Shown here: one piece after another, positions 8,305-17,620 of the stretch
Position numbering within the stretch: the first letter of the stretch is position 1
Layout: each line of letters begins with the position of its first letter
Origin: a virus
Length of the DNA stretch: 64,000 nucleotides
IMG/VR virus record: IMGVR_UViG_3300022602_000084
Span: 3,133 to 67,132 of that record
Strand: one strand, 5' to 3'
Made by a program: the position numbers and the translations under genes
Notes under the pieces: generated by a model
Told to the model about the DNA's origin: nothing
The model's input: the letters and a program-made list of their open reading frames with translations, nothing else
The model's database searches: none

Positions 8305-9468
8305 ATGAACAAGTTTGAAAAACTAATTGAATACATCATCAATGATGAAGACGACAAAGCACGTCAACTTTTCCACACAATAGTTGTAGAAAAGTCACGT
8401 GACATTTACGAAAACATCATGGCTGAAGAAATGGAAGAAGAAGGTCATGTTCATGGCGACCAGAACGGCGACCTAATGAAAGAATTGAGAAACGTCGACA
8501 CCGAAGAGTCTACAATGGAGTCTGATGAGGAAGAGGAAGAAGAAGGTGATGAGCAACCAGGCGAAGACGACGACACTGATTTTGATCTAGATGGAGAAGA
8601 TGAAGACGGCAACCTAAGCGGTGAAGTCAATCCCGAAGCTGGCGAGCATAACGAAATTGAACAACAAGTTATGAGTGCAAACGACAAGTTAGACGAGTTG
8701 TTGGCCAAGTTTGACGAGATCGTTGGCGGACACGAAGGCGGAATGGAAGAGCCAGGAATGGAAGAGCCAGGAATGGAAGAGCCAATGGACGAAATGTACG
8801 AAGACACTGAAGAAGAGTCCAAGGAAGAGGAAGAAGAGTCCAAGGAAGAGGAAGAAGAGTCTAAAAAAGTAGAAGAATCTAAATCTGCCGAAAAGAAAAA
8901 CGAAAAGAAAATGGCCAAAGCTGAAAAAGAAGAAGCCGGAAAAGCAAACATGAAAAACACCAGCAAAAAAGACGGTAAGCCATTTGAATCACGTCAACGT
9001 TCAGTAAGCGAACTAATGCGTGAGTACGTTGAAAAGATTGAAGACATCAACTTGACACCCAGCACATACAGCGAAGGCGACCCTGTTGGAGCTGGTACAA
9101 AGACTGGTAAAGTCAAAGTTAACACAACTTATACTGGTTTGGAACAAGGTCCAGACTTTGGCGGCACAAGCGAAAACATTATTACCAAGAAAGGTCGTGA
9201 AAACGCCAATCCTGATAACAAAGCAATTCCAAAGCCCAGCAACGAGTACAACAAAGGCGAAGGCAATTTGCCCGGAGCCGGTAAGTTTAAAAATGCTCCT
9301 GGAAACAAGAAAGTTTGGGACGGAAATGAGCCAGCATACAAAGATGGCGGCGACGGACAAGGCAGAGAAACTGGTAAAAAAGCCGGTGCAGCTAAAGACG
9401 GCAATGTTTCTGTAAACAAGAAATCTGAACTAGGCCAAGCTGGTCAGCCAACTGGCAAAAAGATTTAA
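8305..9468 (+). CDS. Highly acidic prohead core / scaffold-associated protein
   Basis: AAGGA RBS, extreme Glu/Asp content, and position between portal and prohead protease (where T4 has gp67/gp68). Confidence 0.65.
   Translation: MNKFEKLIEYIINDEDDKARQLFHTIVVEKSRDIYENIMAEEMEEEGHVHGDQNGDLMKELRNVDTEESTMESDEEEEEEGDEQPGEDDDTDFDLDGEDEDGNLSGEVNPEAGEHNEIEQQVMSANDKLDELLAKFDEIVGGHEGGMEEPGMEEPGMEEPMDEMYEDTEEESKEEEEESKEEEEESKKVEESKSAEKKNEKKMAKAEKEEAGKANMKNTSKKDGKPFESRQRSVSELMREYVEKIEDINLTPSTYSEGDPVGAGTKTGKVKVNTTYTGLEQGPDFGGTSENIITKKGRENANPDNKAIPKPSNEYNKGEGNLPGAGKFKNAPGNKKVWDGNEPAYKDGGDGQGRETGKKAGAAKDGNVSVNKKSELGQAGQPTGKKI
8740..8861 (+). repeat. In-frame tandem repeats (15 nt x3; 21 nt x2.5)
   Basis: GGAATGGAAGAGCCA x3 at 8740-8784 (GMEEP) and GAAGAAGAGTCCAAGGAAGAG x2.5 at 8809-8861 (EEESKEE). 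Confidence 0.9.
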
Positions 9469-9485
9469 AGAGATAGGGCAATAAA

Positions 9486-10124
9486 ATGGCTTTGTACCTA
9501 CGTGAGAATTTGACTTTTGACCGAGCCGGAATCAAGATTATTCTTGAGGAAGGAAAAGACGGAAAAGAAAAAAATCTCTATATGGAAGGGATATTCGTTG
9601 AAGGCGGAGTAAAGAACGCTAATCAACGAGTATATCCCGTCCACGAAATACAAAAAGCTGTGGAAACTATCAATGGTCAAATCAAAGAAGGATATAGCGT
9701 CCTAGGAGAAGTAGACCATCCAGACGATTTAAAGATCAACCTAGACCGTGTAAGTCACATGATTGAAAAAATGTGGATGGACGGTCCTGCAGGTTTCGGA
9801 AAATTAAAAGTATTACCAACACCAATGGGCGAGCTTGTAAAAGCTATGATTACTAGCGGCGTAAAGCTAGGAGTAAGTTCCAGAGGTTCGGGTAATGTCA
9901 ATGAAGGAACGGGACACGTTAGTGATTTTGAAATCATTACTGTGGATATTGTGGCACAACCCAGTGCCCCACATGCGTATCCAAAGGCGATTTACGAGTC
10001 GTTAATGAACATGCGTGGTGGTAGTAAAGTATTTGAACTAGCAAGTGAAGCTAGTCAAGATCGAAAAGTACAAAAGTACCTGAAAGAATCCTTAACCGGA
10101 TTTATTAAGGAATTAAAACTGTGA
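9486..10124 (+). CDS. g21: Prohead core protease (T4 gp21-like)
   Basis: NANQRVYP, LGEVDHP, GVSSRGSG, DIVAQPS motifs. Confidence 0.96.
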   Translation: MALYLRENLTFDRAGIKIILEEGKDGKEKNLYMEGIFVEGGVKNANQRVYPVHEIQKAVETINGQIKEGYSVLGEVDHPDDLKINLDRVSHMIEKMWMDGPAGFGKLKVLPTPMGELVKAMITSGVKLGVSSRGSGNVNEGTGHVSDFEIITVDIVAQPSAPHAYPKAIYESLMNMRGGSKVFELASEASQDRKVQKYLKESLTGFIKELKL

Positions 10125-10678
10125 CAATAGCTTACGTTTACAAATGGACACACCTGCCGACTATGATGTGGTATGTTGGTTCTCGTACAGCAAAAAATTG
10201 TCATCCAGATGATGGATATATTTGTACTAGTAAATCTGTAAAGCCAATGATATTAGAATCTAGAAATGAGTGGAAACGTGAAATAATTGATACAGGGTCA
10301 ATTAAAGAAATGATTGAACTTGAAACAGAAATTTTACAAATATTTGATGCAAAAAATGATACTAGAAGTTTTAATAAACATAACGGCGATGGTAAATTTA
10401 GTGTCGCAGGTAAAAAGATAGGTCCGCAAAGTGAGCAACATAAAGCAAACTTAGGTGTATCTAAAAAAGGACGTGTGGCATGGAATAAGGGATTGTCTGG
10501 AGATGCAAGATGCAAAAGATCAGACAACGCAAAAAGAGCAATTGGTCTATCTCGTACCGGGACTAAATGGGACGAGAACACTAAAGCAAAAATTTCTCTT
10601 ACTGAAAAGAGAACGAAACAATCGATTAAGTTTGAAATAAACAAAAATCAAAATATAAAAGGAGAATCCATATGTTAG
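10121..10678 (+). CDS. Free-standing GIY-YIG-like homing endonuclease with NUMOD3-like tail
   Basis: AYVYKW...WYVGSR...DDGY, SFNKHNG, and SEQHKANL / AWNKG / ENTKAKIS modules. AT-rich; overlaps both g21 and g22. Confidence 0.8.
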   Translation: MTIAYVYKWTHLPTMMWYVGSRTAKNCHPDDGYICTSKSVKPMILESRNEWKREIIDTGSIKEMIELETEILQIFDAKNDTRSFNKHNGDGKFSVAGKKIGPQSEQHKANLGVSKKGRVAWNKGLSGDARCKRSDNAKRAIGLSRTGTKWDENTKAKISLTEKRTKQSIKFEINKNQNIKGESIC

Positions 10679-11787
10679 ATGCAATTCGACCATTGTTGGA
10701 TAACGGAATTATTAACGAAGACACACGAGTTGCTATTGCCGAAGCCTGGGAAGCCAGAATCACTGAAGCAAAAGAGCAAGCACGTGCCGAACTACGTGAG
10801 GAATTCGCACAACGTTATGCACATGACAAATCAGTTATGGTTGAAGCTCTTGACAAAATGGTTACAGAAAGCCTAACTGCTGAACTACAAGAGTTCGCAG
10901 AAGAAAAACAAAAACTAGCCGAAGATCGTGTGAAGTTTAAATCTCACATGGTTGAAAGTGCAGGCAAGTTCAACGATTTTATGGTAGCAAAACTATCAGA
11001 AGAAATTAAAGAACTACGCAACGATCGTAAAATGTATGAAGCTGCCATTGGCAAACTTGAGTCATTTACAATTCGTGCACTGGCAGAAGAAATCAAAGAA
11101 TTTGAAGCAGACAAGAGAGCAGTAGTGGAAACTAAAGTTCGTCTAGTTCGCGAAGGTAAAGCCAAATTGGCTGAACTACAAAGCAAGTTCGTTGCACAAT
11201 CTGCACAGGCAGTACAAGAGGCTGTAACCAGTTCGTTAGAGTCAGAATTGACTCAGCTAAAAGAAGACGTACAAATTGCTCGCGAGAACATGTTTGGACG
11301 CCGTCTATTTGAAGCATTTGCTAGCGAGTTTGCTGGTACTCATTTAAATGAGAACAAGGAAATTCGTAAGTTACAAGGTACTGTAGAAGTACTAAGCAAC
11401 AAATTGCAAGAAGCAGTAGCTGCAATACAAAGCAAAAATGCCCTAGTTGAATCAAAAGAACGTGAAGTTCGTATTATCAAGGAATCAGCAGAACGCAAAA
11501 ACAAAATGAGCGAATTGTTGAAGCCATTGAATAAAGAAAAGTCGGCAATCATGCAAGACCTTCTTGAGAGTGTACAGACTGACAAATTACAGTCTGCATA
11601 CGAAAAGTATCTGCCAGCAGTGCTAAACAACAGTTCGGTTAAAACTCCAGCCCCACAGGCCAAAGTGTTGACTGAATCACGTGTAGTAGCTACTGGAGAT
11701 AAAACTGCTAAAGCTGCCGTTCAAGTTGAGAGTACAGAGTCTTATGACAATGTATACGAGATGCGACGTTTAGCAGGGCTTAATTAA
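10672..11787 (+). CDS. g22: Prohead scaffolding protein (T4 gp22-like)
   Basis: Glu/Ala/Lys coiled coil immediately upstream of the major capsid gene; AGGAG RBS. Confidence 0.85.
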   Translation: MLDAIRPLLDNGIINEDTRVAIAEAWEARITEAKEQARAELREEFAQRYAHDKSVMVEALDKMVTESLTAELQEFAEEKQKLAEDRVKFKSHMVESAGKFNDFMVAKLSEEIKELRNDRKMYEAAIGKLESFTIRALAEEIKEFEADKRAVVETKVRLVREGKAKLAELQSKFVAQSAQAVQEAVTSSLESELTQLKEDVQIARENMFGRRLFEAFASEFAGTHLNENKEIRKLQGTVEVLSNKLQEAVAAIQSKNALVESKEREVRIIKESAERKNKMSELLKPLNKEKSAIMQDLLESVQTDKLQSAYEKYLPAVLNNSSVKTPAPQAKVLTESRVVATGDKTAKAAVQVESTESYDNVYEMRRLAGLN

Positions 11788-11813
11788 AACCCTAAAAGGA
11801 AAAAGGAAAAATC

Positions 11814-12992
11814 ATGTCACAAGTATTATTAGAAAGCCGTTGGGGCGAAACAAAAGAAGCCCTGTTAGAAGGCTTACACGGTTCTAAAAGAACAAGCATG
11901 AGCGTTATCTTAGAAAATACACGCAAAATGCTAGCTGAAAATGCAACAGCTGGTGCAACACAAGCCGGTAACGTAGCAACACTTAATCGTGTTATTCTAC
12001 CAGTTATCCGTCGTGTTATGCCCACAGTTATTGCAAACGAAATCATTGGTGTACAACCAATGACAGGTCCAGTTGCTCAGATTCATACACTACGTGTACG
12101 TTACGCTGACAACATGACAGATAGCTCTCCATATGCAACATCAGCTAACGCTGGTGACGAAGCATTAAGCCCATTCAAGATTGCAGTTGCTTATTCTGGT
12201 AGTAATTCTACTGGTCAAGCTACAAGTACTGCTGCTCTTGAAGGTGTTGCTGGTAACCGTATCAACGTTCAAATCTTGAAACAAGTTGTTGAAGCGAAGA
12301 CACGTAAATTGTCAGCACGTTGGACATTTGAAGCTGCACAAGATGCACAATCTATGCACGGTTTGGATGTTGAAGCAGAAATTATGGCTGCTCTAGCACA
12401 AGAGATCACAGTTGAGATTGATCAAGAAATTCTTGGTTCACTACGTGCTCTAGCTGCTACTGACTACACATTTGACCAATCTGCAGTATCTGGTACTGCT
12501 ACATTCGTTGGTGACGAGCACGCTGCTCTAGCGGTTCTAATCAACAGAACAGCAAACTTGATTGCACAACGTACACGTCGTGGTGCTGGTAACTGGTGTG
12601 TTGTAAGTCCTGCTTCATTGACAGTACTACAATCTGCTACAACATCAGCATTTGCACGTACTACAGAAGGTACATTTGAAGCTCCTACAAACACCAAGTT
12701 TGTTGGTACATTGAATGGTGCAATGAAGGTTTATGTTGACGGTTATGCAAACGACGGCCAATCAGTATTGGTTGGATATAAAGGTTCTAGCGAAGCTGAT
12801 GCAGCTGCGTTCTATTGCCCATATATTCCTCTAATGAGCTCTGGTGTTGTTTTGGATCCAACAACATTTGAACCAGTAGTTAGCTTTATGACACGTTATG
12901 GATATGTAGAATTGACAAACACTTCTTCATCTCTAGGTAACGCTGGCGACTACTTGGGTGAGATTGCTGTTGCAAACTTAACATTCCAATAA
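11814..12992 (+). CDS. g23: Major capsid protein (T4 gp23-like)
   Basis: IIGVQPMTGP, AKTRKLSARWTFEAAQD, EIDQEI, FYCPYIPL, TRYG motifs. Confidence 0.98.
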   Translation: MSQVLLESRWGETKEALLEGLHGSKRTSMSVILENTRKMLAENATAGATQAGNVATLNRVILPVIRRVMPTVIANEIIGVQPMTGPVAQIHTLRVRYADNMTDSSPYATSANAGDEALSPFKIAVAYSGSNSTGQATSTAALEGVAGNRINVQILKQVVEAKTRKLSARWTFEAAQDAQSMHGLDVEAEIMAALAQEITVEIDQEILGSLRALAATDYTFDQSAVSGTATFVGDEHAALAVLINRTANLIAQRTRRGAGNWCVVSPASLTVLQSATTSAFARTTEGTFEAPTNTKFVGTLNGAMKVYVDGYANDGQSVLVGYKGSSEADAAAFYCPYIPLMSSGVVLDPTTFEPVVSFMTRYGYVELTNTSSSLGNAGDYLGEIAVANLTFQ

Positions 12993-13019
12993 TCAAGCAA
13001 CGCTTGATCAAGGAAATTC

Positions 13020-13045
13020 AAAAAAGCACTTTCGGGTGCTTTTTT
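13020..13045 (+). terminator. Intrinsic terminator after g23
   Basis: AAAAAAGCACT-TTCG-GGTGCTTTTTT. Confidence 0.9.
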
Positions 13046-13133
13046 GTTGGCGGTACCGTCGGCGATATAAATATCTATGTGGCAACAGTCACAAGCTCGT
13101 GTTTAACACACATACACACAAAGGAGAAAAACT

Positions 13134-13361
13134 ATGAGCAAAACACCTTACGAGATTCGTCTCGAACTTCTAAAAATGGCTAACGAAATTCTTGTGACGC
13201 CAGTATTCCAAAAACGCCAATCATTGACTGATGAGTATCACTCCAAGTTAACTGATGCTAACCGCGGTACGCTACCGTTCCCAACACTGCCCGACTTCCC
13301 CTCAAGTACGGATATTGTGACCAAGGCCGAAGAACTTAAAAAGTTTGTAGACCAAGCGTAA
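13134..13361 (+). CDS. Small conserved phage protein (KTPYEIRLELLKMA type)
   Basis: Own TATAAATA promoter (13066-13073), AAGGAG RBS and downstream terminator. Confidence 0.85.
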   Translation: MSKTPYEIRLELLKMANEILVTPVFQKRQSLTDEYHSKLTDANRGTLPFPTLPDFPSSTDIVTKAEELKKFVDQA

Positions 13362-13364
13362 ACT

Positions 13365-13386
13365 AAAGCCCCTCAAGGGGCTTTTT
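13365..13386 (+). terminator. Intrinsic terminator
   Basis: AAAGCCCC-TCAA-GGGGCTTTTT. Confidence 0.88.
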
Positions 13387-13475
13387 GCATTTAAGTGGTA
13401 AATACTTAGTTCACAAGAACTCTCGGAGCACCAACTTCGGGTAGCCTAGAACGCTATTTTTAAGGAGAAAATAAA

Positions 13476-14180
13476 ATGGCAAAATTAAAAATTACAGTAA
13501 CAAGCACTGACGGCATCATACATGACCGTTATACAGCACCGTATCAAATCAATGGTGCATACGTTGGCGGCACAGGCGGTAACACCAGTCAAGTGGGTCA
13601 TCAAATACAACCCACAGTCAAGATTGGTTCAAATGGTGCAGCTGCAGGATCTATCATGTTCCAAAAAGGCATACACAAATTTGAAGTAAACGATGGAACC
13701 AACGTTGGAAAATGCACTCTAGTTAACTTGGCAACTCCCACTGTCAACAACACAATGAGCATTGCAATTACATTGAATACCATTACTTCAGCAAACGTTA
13801 TTGCTGCAAACGTAGCTGGTGGAGCTACTAGTACCTATGTTACTTACGCAACTGCTAACGTAGTTGGTCCAGCAACAATTGGCGTCAATAGCACATTGTT
13901 GGGATTGGGCGGAAATACTGCTGGTTTGGTTACTGCGGTCAATCCCACAGTGGGTGGATTAGCCAACGTTACAATCGCATTGAGTGGAAACGTAGCAGCT
14001 CAAACTGTGGCTTTTGCAAATAACACTGCTTACGCAAGTCGTATTACAAATCGTTACGTTTACGATTTTGGTAACGATGGTTATTTGAGCACAAACATTT
14101 CTGGTGGATACAATCCAACAAAATGGCGTTATCACTTGGCTACTCCTGATAGCACATACGTAATGGTTGCTTACGCTTAA
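13476..14180 (+). CDS. Probable virion structural protein
   Basis: TAAGGAG RBS, late promoter at 13399, T/N/G/A-rich composition. Confidence 0.7.
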   Translation: MAKLKITVTSTDGIIHDRYTAPYQINGAYVGGTGGNTSQVGHQIQPTVKIGSNGAAAGSIMFQKGIHKFEVNDGTNVGKCTLVNLATPTVNNTMSIAITLNTITSANVIAANVAGGATSTYVTYATANVVGPATIGVNSTLLGLGGNTAGLVTAVNPTVGGLANVTIALSGNVAAQTVAFANNTAYASRITNRYVYDFGNDGYLSTNISGGYNPTKWRYHLATPDSTYVMVAYA

Positions 14181-14214
14181 AACAATCGGCTATAAGTGAG
14201 TATAGCACTCTTTT

Positions 14215-14241
14215 AAAACGGCCTCTGGGCCGTTTTATTTT
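14215..14241 (+). terminator. Intrinsic terminator
   Basis: AAAACGGCC-TCTG-GGCCGTTTTATTTT. Confidence 0.85.
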
Positions 14242-14294
14242 GACAATTCAATATCTTTGGCTCAGCTAAATATACAATAAACAAGGTTTTCGCG

Positions 14295-14855
14295 ATGAGT
14301 ACCACAAAAAGAATTTCGGGAAGTTACACAATACAAACCATCAATCCCGGGGATCAAATCAATATCGATTCCACTCAGGTAGTAATCAATGGCAATTTGA
14401 TTGTGACTGGCAACAGTCAAAGCATAGTCAGTACTGATAGTGCAATCACCGATCATACTATTACATTGAATAACGGAGTAACAACTCCAAATCCGCTAGG
14501 GGCAAATATCATAGTAGCCCGAAGTGCTTCGGGCAGTCCGGCCAATGTATTCATCAGCTGGAACGAATCGGTAAAATCTTGGCAACTTTATAATGGTACC
14601 GCGGTTTCAAACATAGCAACCGCGGTTAGTTCGGGTATTACCAGTGTAAGCCAAGACACCAATCCAGCTCTAGGCGGAAACTTAAATATAACCGGACATA
14701 CTTTATATACCAACGTATCTAGCGGCAACGTACAAATTTCGGCTAACACTGCCGGCAGTGGCGGATCGGGAGTGTATGTAACAAACACTCAAACTACCAA
14801 TGCAGAATTAGTAACAAAAAGCAAGGCAGTGGCCTACAGTATAGTATTTGGATAG
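14295..14855 (+). CDS. Virion structural / tail-associated protein
   Basis: INGNLIVTG and DTNPALGGNLN fibre-type motifs; late promoter upstream. Confidence 0.7.
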   Translation: MSTTKRISGSYTIQTINPGDQINIDSTQVVINGNLIVTGNSQSIVSTDSAITDHTITLNNGVTTPNPLGANIIVARSASGSPANVFISWNESVKSWQLYNGTAVSNIATAVSSGITSVSQDTNPALGGNLNITGHTLYTNVSSGNVQISANTAGSGGSGVYVTNTQTTNAELVTKSKAVAYSIVFG

Positions 14856-14864
14856 GAATAACAA

Positions 14865-15185
14865 ATGGCAATTCAGAACACAGCATTAACAACAACAGCG
14901 GCAAATATATTTGTCAATCAGAGTACAACTGGCACTAGTGCCATTACCACAATACATTTGGCCAACTATACAAACTCGCCACAGACTGTAAATGTCTACG
15001 TAGTGCCATTTGGAAGCACTGCTGGCAACAGTACAGTGATTTATCCCAATCAAACCCTAACGGCCTACAACACTTTGATTGTGTATGCTGAGAAATTTAT
15101 TTTAGGCAACATTGGTGATGCGATCATGGCCAATTGCAGTAATGCCAATGCAGTAACTGCAACAGTGAGTTCGATAGGAATTTAA
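14865..15185 (+). CDS. Small virion structural protein
   Basis: In structural operon; AGGA RBS. Confidence 0.7.
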   Translation: MAIQNTALTTTAANIFVNQSTTGTSAITTIHLANYTNSPQTVNVYVVPFGSTAGNSTVIYPNQTLTAYNTLIVYAEKFILGNIGDAIMANCSNANAVTATVSSIGI

Positions 15186-15187
15186 CA

Positions 15188-15622
15188 ATGGCACGACTTT
15201 TAAAAAATCCATTGCCACACGATAATGCCAATCTTGCCATGCAATTGCCAATTGTTCCCAGCAGCAGTTATGGCGATGCTCCGGCCAACGGCTTACTGAG
15301 ATTTAATCAAGCAACCAATAGAATTGAATTTTATTACAACGGTGCCTGGAGCCAAGTGGCCAAAATTGGTAGCGTGCAATTGGTTACTGACAGCTTTACC
15401 GGTGATGGTAACACAACCACATTTACAATGAGTCAAGTGGAAACAGATCCAACTGCAATCGCAGTTTTCATTGGCGGAGTTTATCAAATTCCCACAAGTC
15501 ATTATTCGGTAAACGGAACAACCACTATTACATTTAACAGTCCCCCACCGCAGTATACTGGCAGTAGCCCGACCACAATTATTGTAATACACAACATAAA
15601 CAGCACTAACGTGGCTGCCTAG
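15188..15622 (+). CDS. Virion structural / fibre-associated protein
   Basis: LRFNQATNRIEFYYNGAW and FTGDGNTTTF...VFIGGVYQ modules shared with neighbouring fibre genes. Confidence 0.75.
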   Translation: MARLLKNPLPHDNANLAMQLPIVPSSSYGDAPANGLLRFNQATNRIEFYYNGAWSQVAKIGSVQLVTDSFTGDGNTTTFTMSQVETDPTAIAVFIGGVYQIPTSHYSVNGTTTITFNSPPPQYTGSSPTTIIVIHNINSTNVAA

Positions 15623-15630
15623 GAGCAGAC

Positions 15631-17619
15631 ATGGCAATAGGAAAAATCAGTGGAACAATGCTACAGGCGAACTTGGAACGCCAAGGTACCAACATCTCCA
15701 TTGATGCCACTGCTTACTTTGATGTAAACAATCACAGACTAGGTGTCAACAATCTCAGTCCACAATACACACTAGATTTAACCGGTAATGCTCACCTGGG
15801 CAATATCTATGTTTTGGGCAACACCATTACTGTTGATCCCGGGTACAAATTAAATTTAGGCAATATTTCCAACATAACCATTGCTGGAGGCACCAACGGC
15901 TATGTTGTTGGCACCGATGGTGCTGGCGGGTTGAGTTTTATCAGTGTCAGCAGTTTGAGCAGCAGCATCACGGGAAATTTAGTTCCACTAGGATCAAATG
16001 TGGCCGGGGCCTTGGTAAGTAACGCAGTGTCCTTGACCACCACAACCGATGTAACCGATGCCATTGCCGAATTAAATTATGTGCTTGGCAAACTGGTCCC
16101 GCCAAGCCCGCCAAATTTTCCAAGTTCGCAAACACTGTCATTGAGCTCGGCCACAACTGCTGCACTTATGTGCAACTTTACACAAGTAGACAACAGTGGG
16201 TGGGGAAATTTGAGTGTTGCCGGCGGAACATTGGTTAATGCAGTACGCTCGGCATCGTATACCACCAGCACTGGTATTACCAACGTTGGTCCGGGCAGCA
16301 GCGGCACTATTACAGCTTATCTTAACGGTATTCCCAGCGGAAATGTAACGCTAACCGGCAGCAACAGTAACACCACAAACGGCAACATATATGTGTACAA
16401 CGTGGAAGATTACCATGCAGTGGTCAGTTCGGTAACTGCGGGATTTTGGACAGTGTTCAGCACCTATGCCACTGGTTCATCAATACCACCCGGTTGGAAT
16501 CGTGTAAGCATTTCGGACAGTGGCACTGGTACTAGTACCAATACTGTTACATGGTATTATGATAATGCTGCTCCGGGAACTCCTGCATTTAGTAACACCA
16601 GTATGACTCTTACTTCTAATAGTGTTACTTACTCGAGTACTATTCCGCATTTAAATAGCAGTTCAGTTTTTACTCTTAAAGGCAACGTAAATGCTCTTAG
16701 TGGAAACATGTATCCAAACAGTACAAACTTGTTTAGTACTACTACAGGTGGCGGTGCTGTAAATGCTCCCAGCAACATAACTTATTCTTCAGCTGGAATA
16801 TCAACACCGCTGGCTCCAAGTCTATACGTTAGTTCAGGCAGTGCTTATTTCCAAACCACTGCCACAGTGATCAGTGGATTTGGCAGCAGTGCTGCTGGAC
16901 CCACAGTCTACGTCAGTAATAGTTATAATCAAGGATCATACAATTTTACACCAGGATCGACAGTTTTGTACAACAACGGCAGCACACAGATTTTAGAAAC
17001 TGCAATTACAAACAGTTTTACCGGAGCCAGTGCAGCTTACAGAATAGTAAATCCCGACGCCGGTACGGCTGCAGACAATCCCGCATACACCGGAAGTGAA
17101 GCCACATTTAATAGCACAACTGGAGCATTTTATGCAACCGATGCAACGGTGGTGGCTGCTTTACTAAAATACGATACCACAAACTACAGTTCGGGATACT
17201 TGCCAGTGGGCCCAAATCTCAGTACCAGAGGCGGTGGTGCACAGTACTTTACCTTTAAGTGGACCAAGGCTGCAGTAAGTAAATTTAATATTGCCTGGAC
17301 AGGAACCATTGCTGGCCTATGGGTAGCACTGCCCGGAAGCAGTATTGATACAACTGCCTCGCCCACAAACGGCTGGATCAACATGGCCGTGGCCTATGCG
17401 GGATCGGGAGTTCCTGGAACCGGCAGTGGCGGTAACGGATCAGCCGGATGCAGTACTGGCGGTACTGCTACATTAAACTCTAACGGCACATACAGTGTCA
17501 CTTGTACTTTTGGTACAGTGAGTTCTACATCGGCAACAAACAACGAAATTTATATTCGTATTAAACTAACATCTGGTCAAAGCGTATCAGTACTATCTAT
17601 AGCGAACCCAACTAACTAA
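15631..17619 (+). CDS. Large S/T/G-rich virion structural protein
   Basis: 662-aa ORF in the fibre operon; AGGAG RBS. Confidence 0.75.
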   Translation: MAIGKISGTMLQANLERQGTNISIDATAYFDVNNHRLGVNNLSPQYTLDLTGNAHLGNIYVLGNTITVDPGYKLNLGNISNITIAGGTNGYVVGTDGAGGLSFISVSSLSSSITGNLVPLGSNVAGALVSNAVSLTTTTDVTDAIAELNYVLGKLVPPSPPNFPSSQTLSLSSATTAALMCNFTQVDNSGWGNLSVAGGTLVNAVRSASYTTSTGITNVGPGSSGTITAYLNGIPSGNVTLTGSNSNTTNGNIYVYNVEDYHAVVSSVTAGFWTVFSTYATGSSIPPGWNRVSISDSGTGTSTNTVTWYYDNAAPGTPAFSNTSMTLTSNSVTYSSTIPHLNSSSVFTLKGNVNALSGNMYPNSTNLFSTTTGGGAVNAPSNITYSSAGISTPLAPSLYVSSGSAYFQTTATVISGFGSSAAGPTVYVSNSYNQGSYNFTPGSTVLYNNGSTQILETAITNSFTGASAAYRIVNPDAGTAADNPAYTGSEATFNSTTGAFYATDATVVAALLKYDTTNYSSGYLPVGPNLSTRGGGAQYFTFKWTKAAVSKFNIAWTGTIAGLWVALPGSSIDTTASPTNGWINMAVAYAGSGVPGTGSGGNGSAGCSTGGTATLNSNGTYSVTCTFGTVSSTSATNNEIYIRIKLTSGQSVSVLSIANPTN

Positions 17620-17620
17620 T

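Noticed and set aside
8740-8861. CRISPR-like array
   Set aside because: These are in-frame coding tandem repeats without spacers. No cas genes or repeat-spacer arrays were seen in the window.
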